Shown here in pieces: positions 1 through 7,826 of a stretch of 21,851 bases of DNA. A model generated the notes under the pieces. The model did no database searches, was not told the DNA's origin, and saw nothing but the letters and a program-made list of their open reading frames with translations. The translations under genes were made by a program, and so were the position numbers. The stretch comes from a virus (taxonomy: Duplodnaviria; Heunggongvirae; Uroviricota; Caudoviricetes). Position 1 is the stretch's first letter. Each line of letters opens with the position of its first letter. The DNA lies in IMG/VR virus record IMGVR_UViG_2547132277_000002; one strand, written 5' to 3'.

Positions 1-1024
1 TCCGTAGTTCATCATCCAGCGAGATCCGTATTGATACCGGCTGGCCACACAGGCTTTCCGGTACGCTGTAACGGTTCCCGCCAACCTCGATATAGCCATC
101 CCAGGAGACATGACGGATATCGAAATAGCTGGTATCGAAGTCCGTACCCGGCAGCGGATGCAGATGCTCCTGTTCCTGCGTGAAGCGCTGTTCCGGTGTC
201 TGCCTGAACTGGCGAAGTTCTCGCCTGTCAGCAACGTCAGCCATCCACTGCTCCAGTAGCTGGTTAACATGGGCGAAGCTGTCGAACCGGCGGTACCGGA
301 TGAAGAAGTTTTCCTTGAGGTATTTCACCATCCGTTCAACCTTACCTTTGGTTCTGGCCCTTCGTGGACGGCAGGCCCGTGGCAGGAAGCCATAGTGATC
401 GGCCAGCAGCAGGAACCCGGAGTTGAACACCACCTTCCCGTTGTTATTTTTCAGCACTGCGGCTTTCTGGTTATCGACCAGCACGGTTTTCACGCTACCG
501 CCGAAGTAGCGAAAGGCGCGGACCAGTGACTCATAGGTATGTTCAGCATCCTGCTTTGGTGCCGCGAAGACATGGAAGCGACGTGAGAACCCCAGCGTAT
601 TAACCGCGAAGTTAACCCTGCATCGTTGCCCGGCAACCTCAGCCTCAACTTCTCCCCAGTCATGCTGTAGCTGGTAACCGGGCTGAGTTTCGAAGCGAAC
701 CGTTTTCTTCGATGGCCGCATCTTACGTTTGGGCTGGATGTAGTAGCGCAACATGGAACGGCCACCGGTATAACCCATCGCTTTGATTTCCGCCAGGATG
801 ACCTCGCCGTTCCAGACGTTCTCAGCCAGACGCATATCTATATAGTCCATGAACGGCTTGAGTTTGGCCATTTTGTGGCGTGTTTTTCTGGCCGGAGGTT
901 CCGGGTATTTCAGGTACCGTCTGACGGTCCGCTCAGAGCAACCAACCTGAGTGGCAATATCAACAATATACGCACCTTGCTGGCGCATTTGCTTTATCAT
1001 GTAAAAATCCTCTCTGCTCAGCAT
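1..1024 (-). CDS. istA: IS21-family transposase IstA, N-terminal ~341 codons (C-terminus beyond window)
   Basis: Minus-strand translation from ATG at 1024-1022 reads MLSREDFYMIKQMRQQGAYIVDIATQVGCSERTVRRYLKYPEPP... with no stop to the window edge; N-terminal HTH plus DDE-type core matches IstA of IS21 as recalled. Absent from ORF track because it has no stop in window. Confidence 0.8.
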   Translation of the reverse strand, partial: MLSREDFYMIKQMRQQGAYIVDIATQVGCSERTVRRYLKYPEPPARKTRHKMAKLKPFMDYIDMRLAENVWNGEVILAEIKAMGYTGGRSMLRYYIQPKRKMRPSKKTVRFETQPGYQLQHDWGEVEAEVAGQRCRVNFAVNTLGFSRRFHVFAAPKQDAEHTYESLVRAFRYFGGSVKTVLVDNQKAAVLKNNNGKVVFNSGFLLLADHYGFLPRACRPRRARTKGKVERMVKYLKENFFIRYRRFDSFAHVNQLLEQWMADVADRRELRQFRQTPEQRFTQEQEHLHPLPGTDFDTSYFDIRHVSWDGYIEVGGNRYSVPESLCGQPVSIRISLDDELR

Positions 1025-1125
1025 GAGTGTTCCCTTTGTGGTGTAGGAACCTTAAGGAAACAACATGTTGGGTGGAGCGGACAATCCAAATGGTGAATTA
1101 CTGTCTTATATCATTGGCGCTGACA
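1..1125 (-). mobile_element. IS21-family insertion sequence, left-end portion (element continues past window start; istB expected off-window)
   Basis: istA frame runs off the window edge; ~100 bp terminal region 1025-1125 lies upstream of istA; lysozyme homology of the adjacent gene stops abruptly near 1125. Exact IS end not determinable by eye. Confidence 0.65.
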
Positions 1126-1560
1126 ATCTTTTATCCACCAGCGAATCGCCTCGCATGCACCCTTACGATCACCGGCATTCAGCCGCTTATAAAACGTCGA
1201 CGGGAAACACTTACCGGGGCCAATGTTATAGGGACAAAATGACGCTATACCCGCTTTCTGGGGTTCGCTCAATGGCACTTTGATGTTTTTCTCCACCCAT
1301 GCCAGCGCCTTATCACGCTCAATGGCGTTAACCTGGTCGCATTCTTCCTTCGACAGCTTCATTCCCGGTATGACGGGCTTACCATCCACCATTGTGGCAC
1401 CACGACAGATGGTCCATATACCGGAACCATCGCGGTATGCCGTAGTGTGGTTACCCTCTTTTTCATCCAGAAACTGGTCAAGTATTTGAGGAGCAGACGC
1501 GCCTGCAGCAATCAGCGCCAGAACAGCAGCTGACAGGCCGTATTTGATTTTTGCGCTCAT
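1111..1560 (-). pseudogene. Phage SAR-type endolysin (T4-lysozyme-like, GH24), 3-prime end truncated by the IS21-family insertion
   Basis: 149-aa ORF with N-terminal signal-anchor-release stretch YGLSAAVLALIAAGASAP and catalytic E-x8-D-x5-T spacing (E in KEG, D in RDG, T in IWT). Homology to lambdoid prophage lysozymes (RrrD-like, ~165 aa, recalled) ends after ...EAIRWWIKD; the last codons CQRQ-stop read into IS sequence. Confidence 0.7.
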
Positions 1561-1615
1561 GGATATTTATCAGGATGCTACCAATGAAAGATACTGGAAA
1601 GCCAACTGCAAAAAG

Positions 1616-1930
1616 CTAACAACCCGTAATCGAGTTATCAGAACTGTTAATTTTTATGGTATACCGCGCCTCTGAACAGGGGCGCGTTTCTGGCAACAGC
1701 TCGTCCCCTTCACATAACCCGGCAGCAACATCCAGGAAGACCTGTCTGATGCTCCTTCTGGCTGCTGCCTCATAAAACTCCAGCGCTGCACCTTCAACAC
1801 GGTCCAGCGAGATGTCCAGGTCAAAAATTTCACCGTCAAAGCGTTTTTTGTCCCGTAACGCTAAAGTTACCGTAACTTTATTCTCAAAATTGCGGATCCC
1901 TTTCACAATCAGTTCATAGTTTTGAGTCAT
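1616..1930 (-). CDS. Small phage protein between holin and lysozyme (YdfR-like, DUF1327-like by recollection)
   Basis: 104-aa ORF in the conserved holin / small ORF / lysozyme arrangement of Qin-type lysis cassettes; no recognisable catalytic motif. Confidence 0.5.
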   Translation of the reverse strand: MTQNYELIVKGIRNFENKVTVTLALRDKKRFDGEIFDLDISLDRVEGAALEFYEAAARRSIRQVFLDVAAGLCEGDELLPETRPCSEARYTIKINSSDNSITGC

Positions 1931-1934
1931 TGAA

Positions 1935-2150
1935 TTACTCTCCCCGTGCAGCCTTACGCTTGTCTTCTCTGATTTTGAAGTACAGATTTGTCAGATAAGT
2001 CAGGAAGCCCAGAACCAGACTCCCCAGTACACCAATCGCAGCCCACTGTGACGGACTGACCTGATCAAGCCACTGTAAAAACCAGTAGCCAGCACTGCCT
2101 GCGGAGGTGCCATAGGCAATGCCCGTTGAAATTTTGTCCATGGATTTCAT
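1935..2150 (-). CDS. Holin, lambdoid S-like class II (EssD family)
   Basis: 71-aa ORF with two hydrophobic helices ([19 protein letters not shown]; [23 protein letters not shown]) and a charged C-terminus [13 protein letters not shown]; near-identical to DLP12 EssD as recalled. Confidence 0.8.
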   Translation of the reverse strand: MKSMDKISTGIAYGTSAGSAGYWFLQWLDQVSPSQWAAIGVLGSLVLGFLTYLTNLYFKIREDKRKAARGE

Positions 2151-2207
2151 AGCCTCACCTCCGCAAATAACGGATGGCGTAGTTTTACACTGAGAAATGA
2201 AAGGGAT

Positions 2208-2236
2208 TTGAAAAGAAAAGCCCGCAAAAGCGGGCG
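2208..2236 (-). terminator. Rho-independent terminator between tRNA array and holin (candidate tR-prime, the target of Q antitermination)
   Basis: Plus-strand GCCCGC-AAAA-GCGGGC hairpin at 2220-2235; on the minus strand it is followed by TTTTCTTTTC. Confidence 0.5.
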
Positions 2237-2310
2237 AAACAATATATACAGTAAGGAAAGCACTCTATCCAACAAACCACCCACAGTTAATCGGAATAAA
2301 AGCAGAGTGC

Positions 2311-2383
2311 TTATGAATGATCGCCTGCCCGAAGGTTAGTATTTCTGCACAGCAATTTTGCAAAAAAAGGCGATCATTCATAA
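2311..2383. repeat. Perfect 15-bp inverted repeat (TTATGAATGATCGCC / GGCGATCATTCATAA) with 43-nt spacer
   Basis: Arms at 2311-2325 and 2369-2383 are exact reverse complements; located between tRNA-Gly and the putative tR-prime. Confidence 0.6.
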
Positions 2384-2442
2384 CTTAAACGTCCTTCAGT
2401 CACTCCGGGATTTCCCATCATCGCAGACTGAAAGACTCTGAC

Positions 2443-2517
<75 letters not shown>

Positions 2518-2520
2518 ATA

Positions 2521-2596
<76 letters not shown>

Positions 2597-2598
2597 AC

Positions 2599-2675
2599 TG
2601 GACCGCCACCGGGGACTCGAACCTCGCACACTCAACTTAAAGAGTTGACGCTCTTTCCTGATGAGCTAGTGGCGG
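2599..2675 (-). tRNA. tRNA of uncertain identity (manual fold gives anticodon UUU, Lys-like, with atypical C at position 33)
   Basis: 77 nt, CCA encoded; acceptor CCGCCAC/GTGGCGG (C1-G72), D-arm GCTC-ATCAGGAAA-GAGC, anticodon stem TCAAC/GTTGA, loop UCUUUAA, T-loop TTCGAGT. Needs tRNAscan-SE. Confidence 0.5.
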
Positions 2676-2676
2676 T

Positions 2677-2752
2677 TGGTGGCCCTTGCTGGATTTGAAC
2701 CAGCGACCTGGCGATTATGAGTCGCTCGCTCTCACCACTGAGCTAAAGGGCC
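2677..2752 (-). tRNA. tRNA with CAU anticodon, ileX/ileZ-like (tRNA-Ile2; elongator Met not excluded)
   Basis: 76 nt, CCA encoded; GGCCCTTTAGCTCAGTGGTGAGAGC...CTCATAA...GGTTCAAATCC...AAGGGCCACCA closely resembles E. coli tRNA-Ile2 as recalled; anticodon loop CUCAUAA. Confidence 0.7.
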
Positions 2753-2761
2753 GGGCGCAGG

Positions 2762-2790
2762 ATAATAACGTTACGAAATCAATGTTGCAA
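2762..2790 (-). promoter_or_regulatory. Sigma70-like promoter driving the tRNA array / late operon (candidate PR-prime)
   Basis: Minus-strand -35 TTGCAA (plus 2785-2790), 17-bp spacer, -10 TATTAT (plus 2762-2767); predicted start just upstream of the first tRNA (5-prime end at 2752). Confidence 0.45.
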
Positions 2791-2871
2791 GCATTCAAAA
2801 ATCACTTGGTTAAAAATCACCCTTATCTCCTCCACCAGCGCATTCACCATGTCTATCCGAGATAAGTGACA

Positions 2872-2894
2872 CAAAAAAACCCGCTTGATGCGGG
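2872..2894 (-). terminator. Hairpin terminator separating the cargo operon from the tRNA/late promoter
   Basis: CCCGC-TTGAT-GCGGG stem-loop at 2880-2894 preceded by an A7 run on plus (T7 after the stem on minus); only TTT follows on the plus strand. Confidence 0.5.
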
Positions 2895-2942
2895 TTTAAG
2901 TTGTGTGGCGAAGCGACCACTCTTAACAGATTAAGATAGTTT

Positions 2943-2972
2943 TTGCGTACGCGTTAGTGATTTTTTCATAAT
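2943..2972 (+). promoter_or_regulatory. Candidate sigma70 promoter for the plus-strand three-gene cargo operon
   Basis: -35 TTGCGT at 2943-2948, 18-bp spacer, -10 CATAAT at 2967-2972, ~45 bp upstream of the probable start codon. Confidence 0.4.
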
Positions 2973-2984
2973 TATCTGTATCCT

Positions 2985-3896
2985 GTGGCTATTTCTCTTG
3001 CGCAAAGGATGCTTTTGATGACGCAGCAACTCGAAAACATGCCAATAACAGAAATCGAAATTGCCTACGGTGGAGAGGCATACGCAGATAATCAGATCGA
3101 CGCGAAAACATTAGGCGAAGCCTTAACCTCTCTTAGTGCCCTGATTGAACACGCCGAAAAAATAATTAATGGCGAAACAGCAGAGCCGAAAGTCAACATC
3201 AAGGCAACAAAAGAAGGTTCATTTACTTTGCTTGTTGCTGTGATGGGGAGCATAAAAACTATTAACGCCCTTGGCCTCGTTGCAGGTGGTGGAGTTGCCG
3301 CAGGTGGCGTACTCGGGATAATCGAATGGCTCAAAGGGCGTAAAATCAGCTCCATTGTCGTCGATGAACAAAAAGATACAGCAGAAATCGAAGTGGATGG
3401 TGAGAAGGTTAAATGCAGTAACGACATTCAAAAATTAATAACCAGTCCAATCATCCGAAAAGAACTGGATAAATTAATCTATAAACCCCTGCAGACTGAA
3501 AAACCATCCACGTTCTCAGTTTCACAGCAGAAGCATAAGGTAGTCAGGGTGACGCAAGCTGAAGCAGTAAGTTTTAAAACTGCAAAATCCACCTTTGTCG
3601 AGAAAACGCACGTAACGACACGCCAAGCTAATGTACATTTTGCTAATGTTCGATTCAAGCAAGGCAAAAGCTGGGATATCATCCTGCCAAATGGCGAAGA
3701 AGTTAGCGCATCTATGAAAGATGAGGCTTTTCTTGAACGGGTTGAACACAACCAAGCAGCATTCTGTAAGGGTGATCTTTTTGTTGTAGAACTGACAGAA
3801 ACAACAAAAGAAACAAATGGCGCGCTGTCTAAACCACGCTATAGTATTACTAAGGTTATACGCCACAGAGCGGCGGCAGATAGGAAACTACTTTAA
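2985..3896 (+). CDS. Cargo gene A: unknown protein with a central Gly-rich hydrophobic segment (probable start ATG 3018, 292 aa)
   Basis: ORF-track start 2985 is GTG; ATG at 3018 has AAGGA 8 nt upstream. Hydrophobic stretch FTLLVAVMGSIKTINALGLVAGGGVAAGGVLGIIEWL; no motif I can assign. Opposite strand to every flanking phage gene. Confidence 0.6.
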   Translation: MAISLAQRMLLMTQQLENMPITEIEIAYGGEAYADNQIDAKTLGEALTSLSALIEHAEKIINGETAEPKVNIKATKEGSFTLLVAVMGSIKTINALGLVAGGGVAAGGVLGIIEWLKGRKISSIVVDEQKDTAEIEVDGEKVKCSNDIQKLITSPIIRKELDKLIYKPLQTEKPSTFSVSQQKHKVVRVTQAEAVSFKTAKSTFVEKTHVTTRQANVHFANVRFKQGKSWDIILPNGEEVSASMKDEAFLERVEHNQAAFCKGDLFVVELTETTKETNGALSKPRYSITKVIRHRAAADRKLL

Positions 3897-3899
3897 ATC

Positions 3900-4145
3900 A
3901 TGTCAATCCTAAGCATTATGCTTTACATCACTGTATTCATGGCTGTCGCAGCGACGGTCAGATATGCTGTGCTTAGGTTCTTGGTTTGGGTAAAGCCGAA
4001 TGCGTATATTGAACTAACCTACACCGATCCTGAAGGCAGAACCGCTAAAAGGAAAGTCAGCGTTAGAAACGAAAATGACGCAGAAGAGTTGGCGCTACTG
4101 CTACGCGAACTCAAAACTCGCAACGAAGCAAGTGCAGGAAGGTGA
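3900..4145 (+). CDS. Cargo gene B: small protein with N-terminal transmembrane helix and charged C-terminus
   Basis: 81 aa; ILSIMLYITVFMAVAATVRYAVLRFLVWV hydrophobic; starts 4 nt after gene A stop. Confidence 0.55.
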   Translation: MSILSIMLYITVFMAVAATVRYAVLRFLVWVKPNAYIELTYTDPEGRTAKRKVSVRNENDAEELALLLRELKTRNEASAGR

Positions 4146-4532
4146 ATGGCGAACACTAAATCCTACCTGGCAATGCAGGCATGGTTTACCACCCTTATCA
4201 CTGCGGGATTGAATTTCCTTTTTGACTGGCTTCCTCAATTAGCCTTCTTCAAATCATTGGCGCCTGGAGCTGCTGTCGGCTTATCTCATGTGGTAATTCT
4301 TCTTATCGCTTACATAGGTTTGCCTACGCTTAATGATGTAAGAATGAAAAGGGAAATAAAAACGGCCAGAAAATTCATCACGAACTGCCTGGCCAACCCT
4401 AACCTAACACCAGACCAAATTGCGCACTACAACCAATGTCTTATCGATCTAGACAATAAGCTATTAAAAAACATAAATATTCGTATTGATGCTTTATCTG
4501 ACGCCGAATCGAAAGCTCAAGCAAACGAGTAG
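4146..4532 (+). CDS. Cargo gene C: predicted membrane protein (two hydrophobic helices) with a soluble C-terminal ~70 aa
   Basis: 128 aa; TGA-ATG junction with gene B; SD GGAAGGTGA upstream; helices WFTTLITAGLNFLFDWL and AAVGLSHVVILLIAYIGL. Confidence 0.6.
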   Translation: MANTKSYLAMQAWFTTLITAGLNFLFDWLPQLAFFKSLAPGAAVGLSHVVILLIAYIGLPTLNDVRMKREIKTARKFITNCLANPNLTPDQIAHYNQCLIDLDNKLLKNINIRIDALSDAESKAQANE

Positions 4533-4545
4533 TAACAGTCATAAC

Positions 4546-4902
4546 TTATGATAGAATCAAGCATATACATCCATCAATAAAGCCTAATGCAGTTTGCAGC
4601 TCCTTTCTTATAGTTCCATCTGAGCACCTGCGTTTCTTCGCGATTGAGCGTAGAGAAACACCAATAACAAAGTGAGCTATGAGCAGCTCATATTCCTCTG
4701 GTTTATACTTTCGCAACCGAGCCACACAACCGTCTATCATGATGCCTTCATCATCATCACACTGGAGACGTGACTTTTTGCCATGTGGCAAAAGCCTCTT
4801 GAAGCCCGCTGCTATCGGTTGCCAATCGACACCGCTATTTTCTGCTGCAGCCCATGCCCCCCAGCGATCTAAAACCTCATACATATCACGCCCCATTACC
4901 AT
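4546..4902 (-). CDS. Late-gene antiterminator Q (phage 21 / DLP12 QuuD-like family)
   Basis: 118 aa; motifs VLDRWGAWAA, IAAGFK, Cys-rich segments; conserved position downstream of rusA; resembles QuuD-type Q as recalled. Confidence 0.7.
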   Translation of the reverse strand: MVMGRDMYEVLDRWGAWAAAENSGVDWQPIAAGFKRLLPHGKKSRLQCDDDEGIMIDGCVARLRKYKPEEYELLIAHFVIGVSLRSIAKKRRCSDGTIRKELQTALGFIDGCICLILS

Positions 4903-5257
4903 CGCCTCTGATTTCGCAAATCTTCACGCCCAGCCGCCCACCAGGAACGAGCTGACCGCGCACAATATTGATTTCATCAAACTGCTCGTCGTCTATAAGT
5001 AGTCCGGCATGCGTCAGCGCATCCAGTGGTGCCTTCAGGATATTGTCCAGGTCGCGGCGGCGCTTATCCGGTGGCTCTGCAATCACCTTTATCGCCAGCC
5101 TTCCGGACAGGCTTAATTTCAGCCGCTGCTGGCGAACAATAAGCGCCACAGCCCGGCGATAACGCTTTCCCTCCTCCGAGATAAAATATGTGCTGCCACG
5201 GCGTCGCCAGTAAGTGTTCACCGTCGGCGGGTAAGGTAAAACCAAATCTATGAGCAT
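4886..5257 (-). CDS. rusA: Holliday-junction resolvase RusA
   Basis: 123 aa; PYPPTVNTYW... and RRRDLDN motif typical of RusA; nin-region position upstream of Q. Confidence 0.8.
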   Translation of the reverse strand: MLIDLVLPYPPTVNTYWRRRGSTYFISEEGKRYRRAVALIVRQQRLKLSLSGRLAIKVIAEPPDKRRRDLDNILKAPLDALTHAGLLIDDEQFDEINIVRGQLVPGGRLGVKICEIRGDGNGA

Positions 5258-5269
5258 CAGTCACCTCTT

Positions 5270-6319
5270 TTACCCAAGCACGCCAGTTGCAAAGGCGTGA
5301 TCAAGAAAACGAAAAATTAAATCAACCTGAGAACCATGCTTTTCTTCGAACGCCAGCGGATCCGCATGAAGCTCGTTGTGATGCTCCCGACACAGCGGTA
5401 GCGTGAAAATATCGTGAGATTTTGTCCCCATTCCGCCCTGACCATGACCAATCAGGTGATGGGGATCGTCGGCTGGCTTACCACAACACGCACACGGCTG
5501 TGTCTTCACCCAGCGAGTGTATTTCTCGTTAACCCAGCGGCGACGTTTAGGTCGTTTCATGAAAGATTCCGGAGACTCAGGATCAACGGCAATGCTGACC
5601 ACCGTCTTTTCCTGTGGTGGGTTCTGTTGCTGGTGGGCGTGAGGCAGCGGCGCAAGATTTTTTGTGCGCTGTTTCAGTATGCTGGTGGCGGTCTGCTCTC
5701 CCGGTACGATGTCGCTTTCACGGTACATGGAGCGGATTTTTTCCACACGCAACCCCAGCGAACGACGTAATACCGCTTCCGGTAGCGCGTCCGCCACCTG
5801 ATTGCGGACCGCCCACCAGGATAATTCAGCCAGAGATAATTCACGCTCCTGCGTACCGCTTATTGCGTGACCGATGACGTCAATCATCCATGCTGACAGG
5901 TTTTGATGAGCAAGTTGCTCGAGTGATTCGGATGTCTGGTCACGCAGCTGGTTGTCGCAGTGCCAGCACAACACCATTGCGCCGGTACCATAACGGTGAA
6001 TGACGGTTTCGCTGTGATGATAATCGCCGTGTGGCCACTGGCAGGATTTAATATGGCGCAACAGCCAGTCAGACAATGCACCAGCACCACCAGCAGCACG
6101 AATCACCCGCTCATCGCTGAAAAATGGCAGTAATGATTTATCCTCCGCCAGCGGCTGGCGAACGGCAGGAACGACCCCGGACGGCAGACCGCGCATGCTT
6201 TTTGGCTCCGGTTCAACCAGCACTCTGCCGTTATGGAATACCTGCATGGATTCACGACCTGGCTTAACGATAACCACCCCAAGTTCCGGCACCAGAACAG
6301 GTCGAAGTAATACCCGCAC
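5270..6319 (-). CDS. DUF968-family nin-region protein (YdfU-like)
   Basis: 349 aa; C-terminal Cys/His-rich block QPCACCGKPADDPHHLIGHGQGGMGTKSHD...CREHHNELH recalled as DUF968 of Qin-type prophages. Confidence 0.65.
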   Translation of the reverse strand: MRVLLRPVLVPELGVVIVKPGRESMQVFHNGRVLVEPEPKSMRGLPSGVVPAVRQPLAEDKSLLPFFSDERVIRAAGGAGALSDWLLRHIKSCQWPHGDYHHSETVIHRYGTGAMVLCWHCDNQLRDQTSESLEQLAHQNLSAWMIDVIGHAISGTQERELSLAELSWWAVRNQVADALPEAVLRRSLGLRVEKIRSMYRESDIVPGEQTATSILKQRTKNLAPLPHAHQQQNPPQEKTVVSIAVDPESPESFMKRPKRRRWVNEKYTRWVKTQPCACCGKPADDPHHLIGHGQGGMGTKSHDIFTLPLCREHHNELHADPLAFEEKHGSQVDLIFRFLDHAFATGVLG

Positions 6320-6320
6320 G

Positions 6321-6593
6321 TTACCTCCAGATGCGTTGCTGGAATGTGCGGGACGGACGCGGTGGGCGTTCGGAATAAGGGAGCCTGACAGAAATTATCC
6401 AGTGTCGGAAGTCAGGGCCGAGGTCTTTCTGAAAGTCGTACCCACGCCTGCGGTAGTTCTGAATCAGCCATTCGGCCTGTTCTTCAGTGCATGGGGCATG
6501 CTGGTACCAGTCATATTTGAATGTATGAGAACGCCGCCCGTGCCAGCTGGCAAGGTCGGTATCAGAATTGTGATGTTTGGTATTGTGCGCCAT
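6321..6593 (-). CDS. Hypothetical small phage protein (nin region)
   Basis: 90-aa ORF ending 1 nt before the DUF968 gene start (coupled); no recognised motif. Confidence 0.4.
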   Translation of the reverse strand: MAHNTKHHNSDTDLASWHGRRSHTFKYDWYQHAPCTEEQAEWLIQNYRRRGYDFQKDLGPDFRHWIISVRLPYSERPPRPSRTFQQRIWR

Positions 6594-6660
6594 CGGTTTT
6601 CTCTGCTGGCGCAGCAGGTGCCAGTTGTTCAGGCTGGCCTGTAGATTGTAAACCAGAATA

Positions 6661-6690
6661 CGTAAAACAAAAAACCCGCCGAAGCGGGTT
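6661..6690 (-). terminator. Rho-independent terminator downstream of the HTH-peptidase gene
   Basis: AACCCGC-CGAA-GCGGGTT stem at 6673-6690; on the minus strand followed by TTTTTTGTTTT. Confidence 0.6.
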
Positions 6691-6694
6691 ATGC

Positions 6695-7816
6695 CTAGTG
6701 AATTTTGCCTCTAAGAGTTCGGTAAGATTGTAGTGAAACAACATCACCACTTCCTGGCAGTTCATGAACCGCAGGAAGATCATCTCCTACTAACTCATAA
6801 AAAATGTCCACTTCTATATCCATTTCATCAGCTATACGCTGTGGGTCGTATCCTAACTCTTCAAATAAAAACGATAAAGCCCGACGGAATAACTCAGGAC
6901 GCTCATGAGGGATTAGATAATCTTCTTTTTCATCAATAGCTTCCCCTTTCCGTTTCAACCCCATAAATGCAGTTCTGTACTGCTCATCAGTCAAAAGTCC
7001 TAATTGATGAGCCCTGTAAACAATGGCAGCCTTACTTACTTTCCATGTCAACTTAAATTGGCTTAGTCCCTGCCAATTTATCCTCCCCCCCACAGGTCTT
7101 GGAAAATATTTCGCCATCGACGTTCTGGGAAGCAACAGAGCAGAGGCAAAACGGTTTGCCTGGGATTCAGTTAATCTATCCCCAGTAGAAATTCCTTCAT
7201 GAAGAATCAAATGGGCAACCTCATGAGCAATATCAAAGCGTTGCCTACAAGGTGAATTTTTAGCTGTATTTCGAACAATAAAAGGCCTTCGTAGAGGAAC
7301 AGACAGTGCATCTACTTCATCCGAAACGGAGTCAAATGAAGTAACAAACGCCCCAAGTTTCTCGGCAAGGCGAGTCATATTTTCAATTGGGCCAAAGCCT
7401 AAGCCCCACTCAATACGACATTTTTCTGCCGCTCGCTCGATATCTTCTTGTGTATGGACACGAAATTCAGGAAATCGAACAGGTGACAAATTAAGGTTAT
7501 CTTCAAATACATCAATAAAACGACGATAAAACTCAGCCTTAGCGAGTGTTGATAGCTTCGTTGACATCCTTGTCGAGGCGCGTTTACGAAAATGTACAAT
7601 CTCTTCATTAACAGGAGAATGTTCCTGCCCTTCGAAAAAGGCGGGCTTCACGCGCAAAACCTCGGCTAATTTATTTATAAGCTCTGGGGATGGAGTAGCT
7701 GAACCAGACTCCAGTCGCTGTACATACTGGCGTGTTTTTTCAACCTTCTCAGCAACCTGCTCCAGAGATAGCTCGTGATACAGACGAGCAAGTCTTAAAT
7801 TAGTACCGTTAAACAC
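6695..7816 (-). CDS. Fused XRE-family HTH regulator / ImmA-IrrE (COG2856) zinc metallopeptidase
   Basis: 373 aa; N-terminal HTH LRLARLYHELSLEQVAEKVEKTRQYVQRLESG; HEXXH zinc motif in DIAHEVAHLILHEG; GTG start 11 nt after the upstream gene stop. Confidence 0.8.
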   Translation of the reverse strand: MFNGTNLRLARLYHELSLEQVAEKVEKTRQYVQRLESGSATPSPELINKLAEVLRVKPAFFEGQEHSPVNEEIVHFRKRASTRMSTKLSTLAKAEFYRRFIDVFEDNLNLSPVRFPEFRVHTQEDIERAAEKCRIEWGLGFGPIENMTRLAEKLGAFVTSFDSVSDEVDALSVPLRRPFIVRNTAKNSPCRQRFDIAHEVAHLILHEGISTGDRLTESQANRFASALLLPRTSMAKYFPRPVGGRINWQGLSQFKLTWKVSKAAIVYRAHQLGLLTDEQYRTAFMGLKRKGEAIDEKEDYLIPHERPELFRRALSFLFEELGYDPQRIADEMDIEVDIFYELVGDDLPAVHELPGSGDVVSLQSYRTLRGKIH

Positions 7817-7826
7817 ATTTCACCCA

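Noticed and set aside
180-765. ORF-track ORFs 180..395(+), 269..529(+), 490..765(-) inside the IS21-family region
   Set aside because: They are alternate-frame or antisense shadows of the continuous IstA frame (minus strand, 1-1024), which has transposase homology; none has an independent RBS or homology.
875-1283. Plus-strand ORFs 875..1096, 1027..1242, 1065..1283 and 1280..1489
   Set aside because: They overlap the IS terminal region or lie antisense to istA and the lysozyme gene; no RBS and no recognisable protein features.
1654-1839. ORF 1654..1839(-), 61 aa
   Set aside because: Nested in an alternate frame inside the 104-aa YdfR-like gene on the same strand.
3092-3866. Minus-strand ORFs 3092..3427, 3219..3431, 3479..3751, 3522..3866
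   Set aside because: Antisense to cargo gene A, which has a coherent start and operon context; these have odd composition (Cys/Phe-rich) and no start context.
4679-5264. ORFs 4679..5002(+), 4968..5162(+), 5064..5264(-)
   Set aside because: Overlap Q and rusA in other frames or strands; rusA and Q carry recognisable motifs and the alternates do not.
5414-6644. ORFs 5414..5770(+), 5614..5877(+), 5884..6099(-), 6195..6644(+), 6521..6733(+), 6562..6783(-)
   Set aside because: Shadow ORFs inside or antisense to the DUF968 gene, the 90-aa gene and the terminator region; no independent support.
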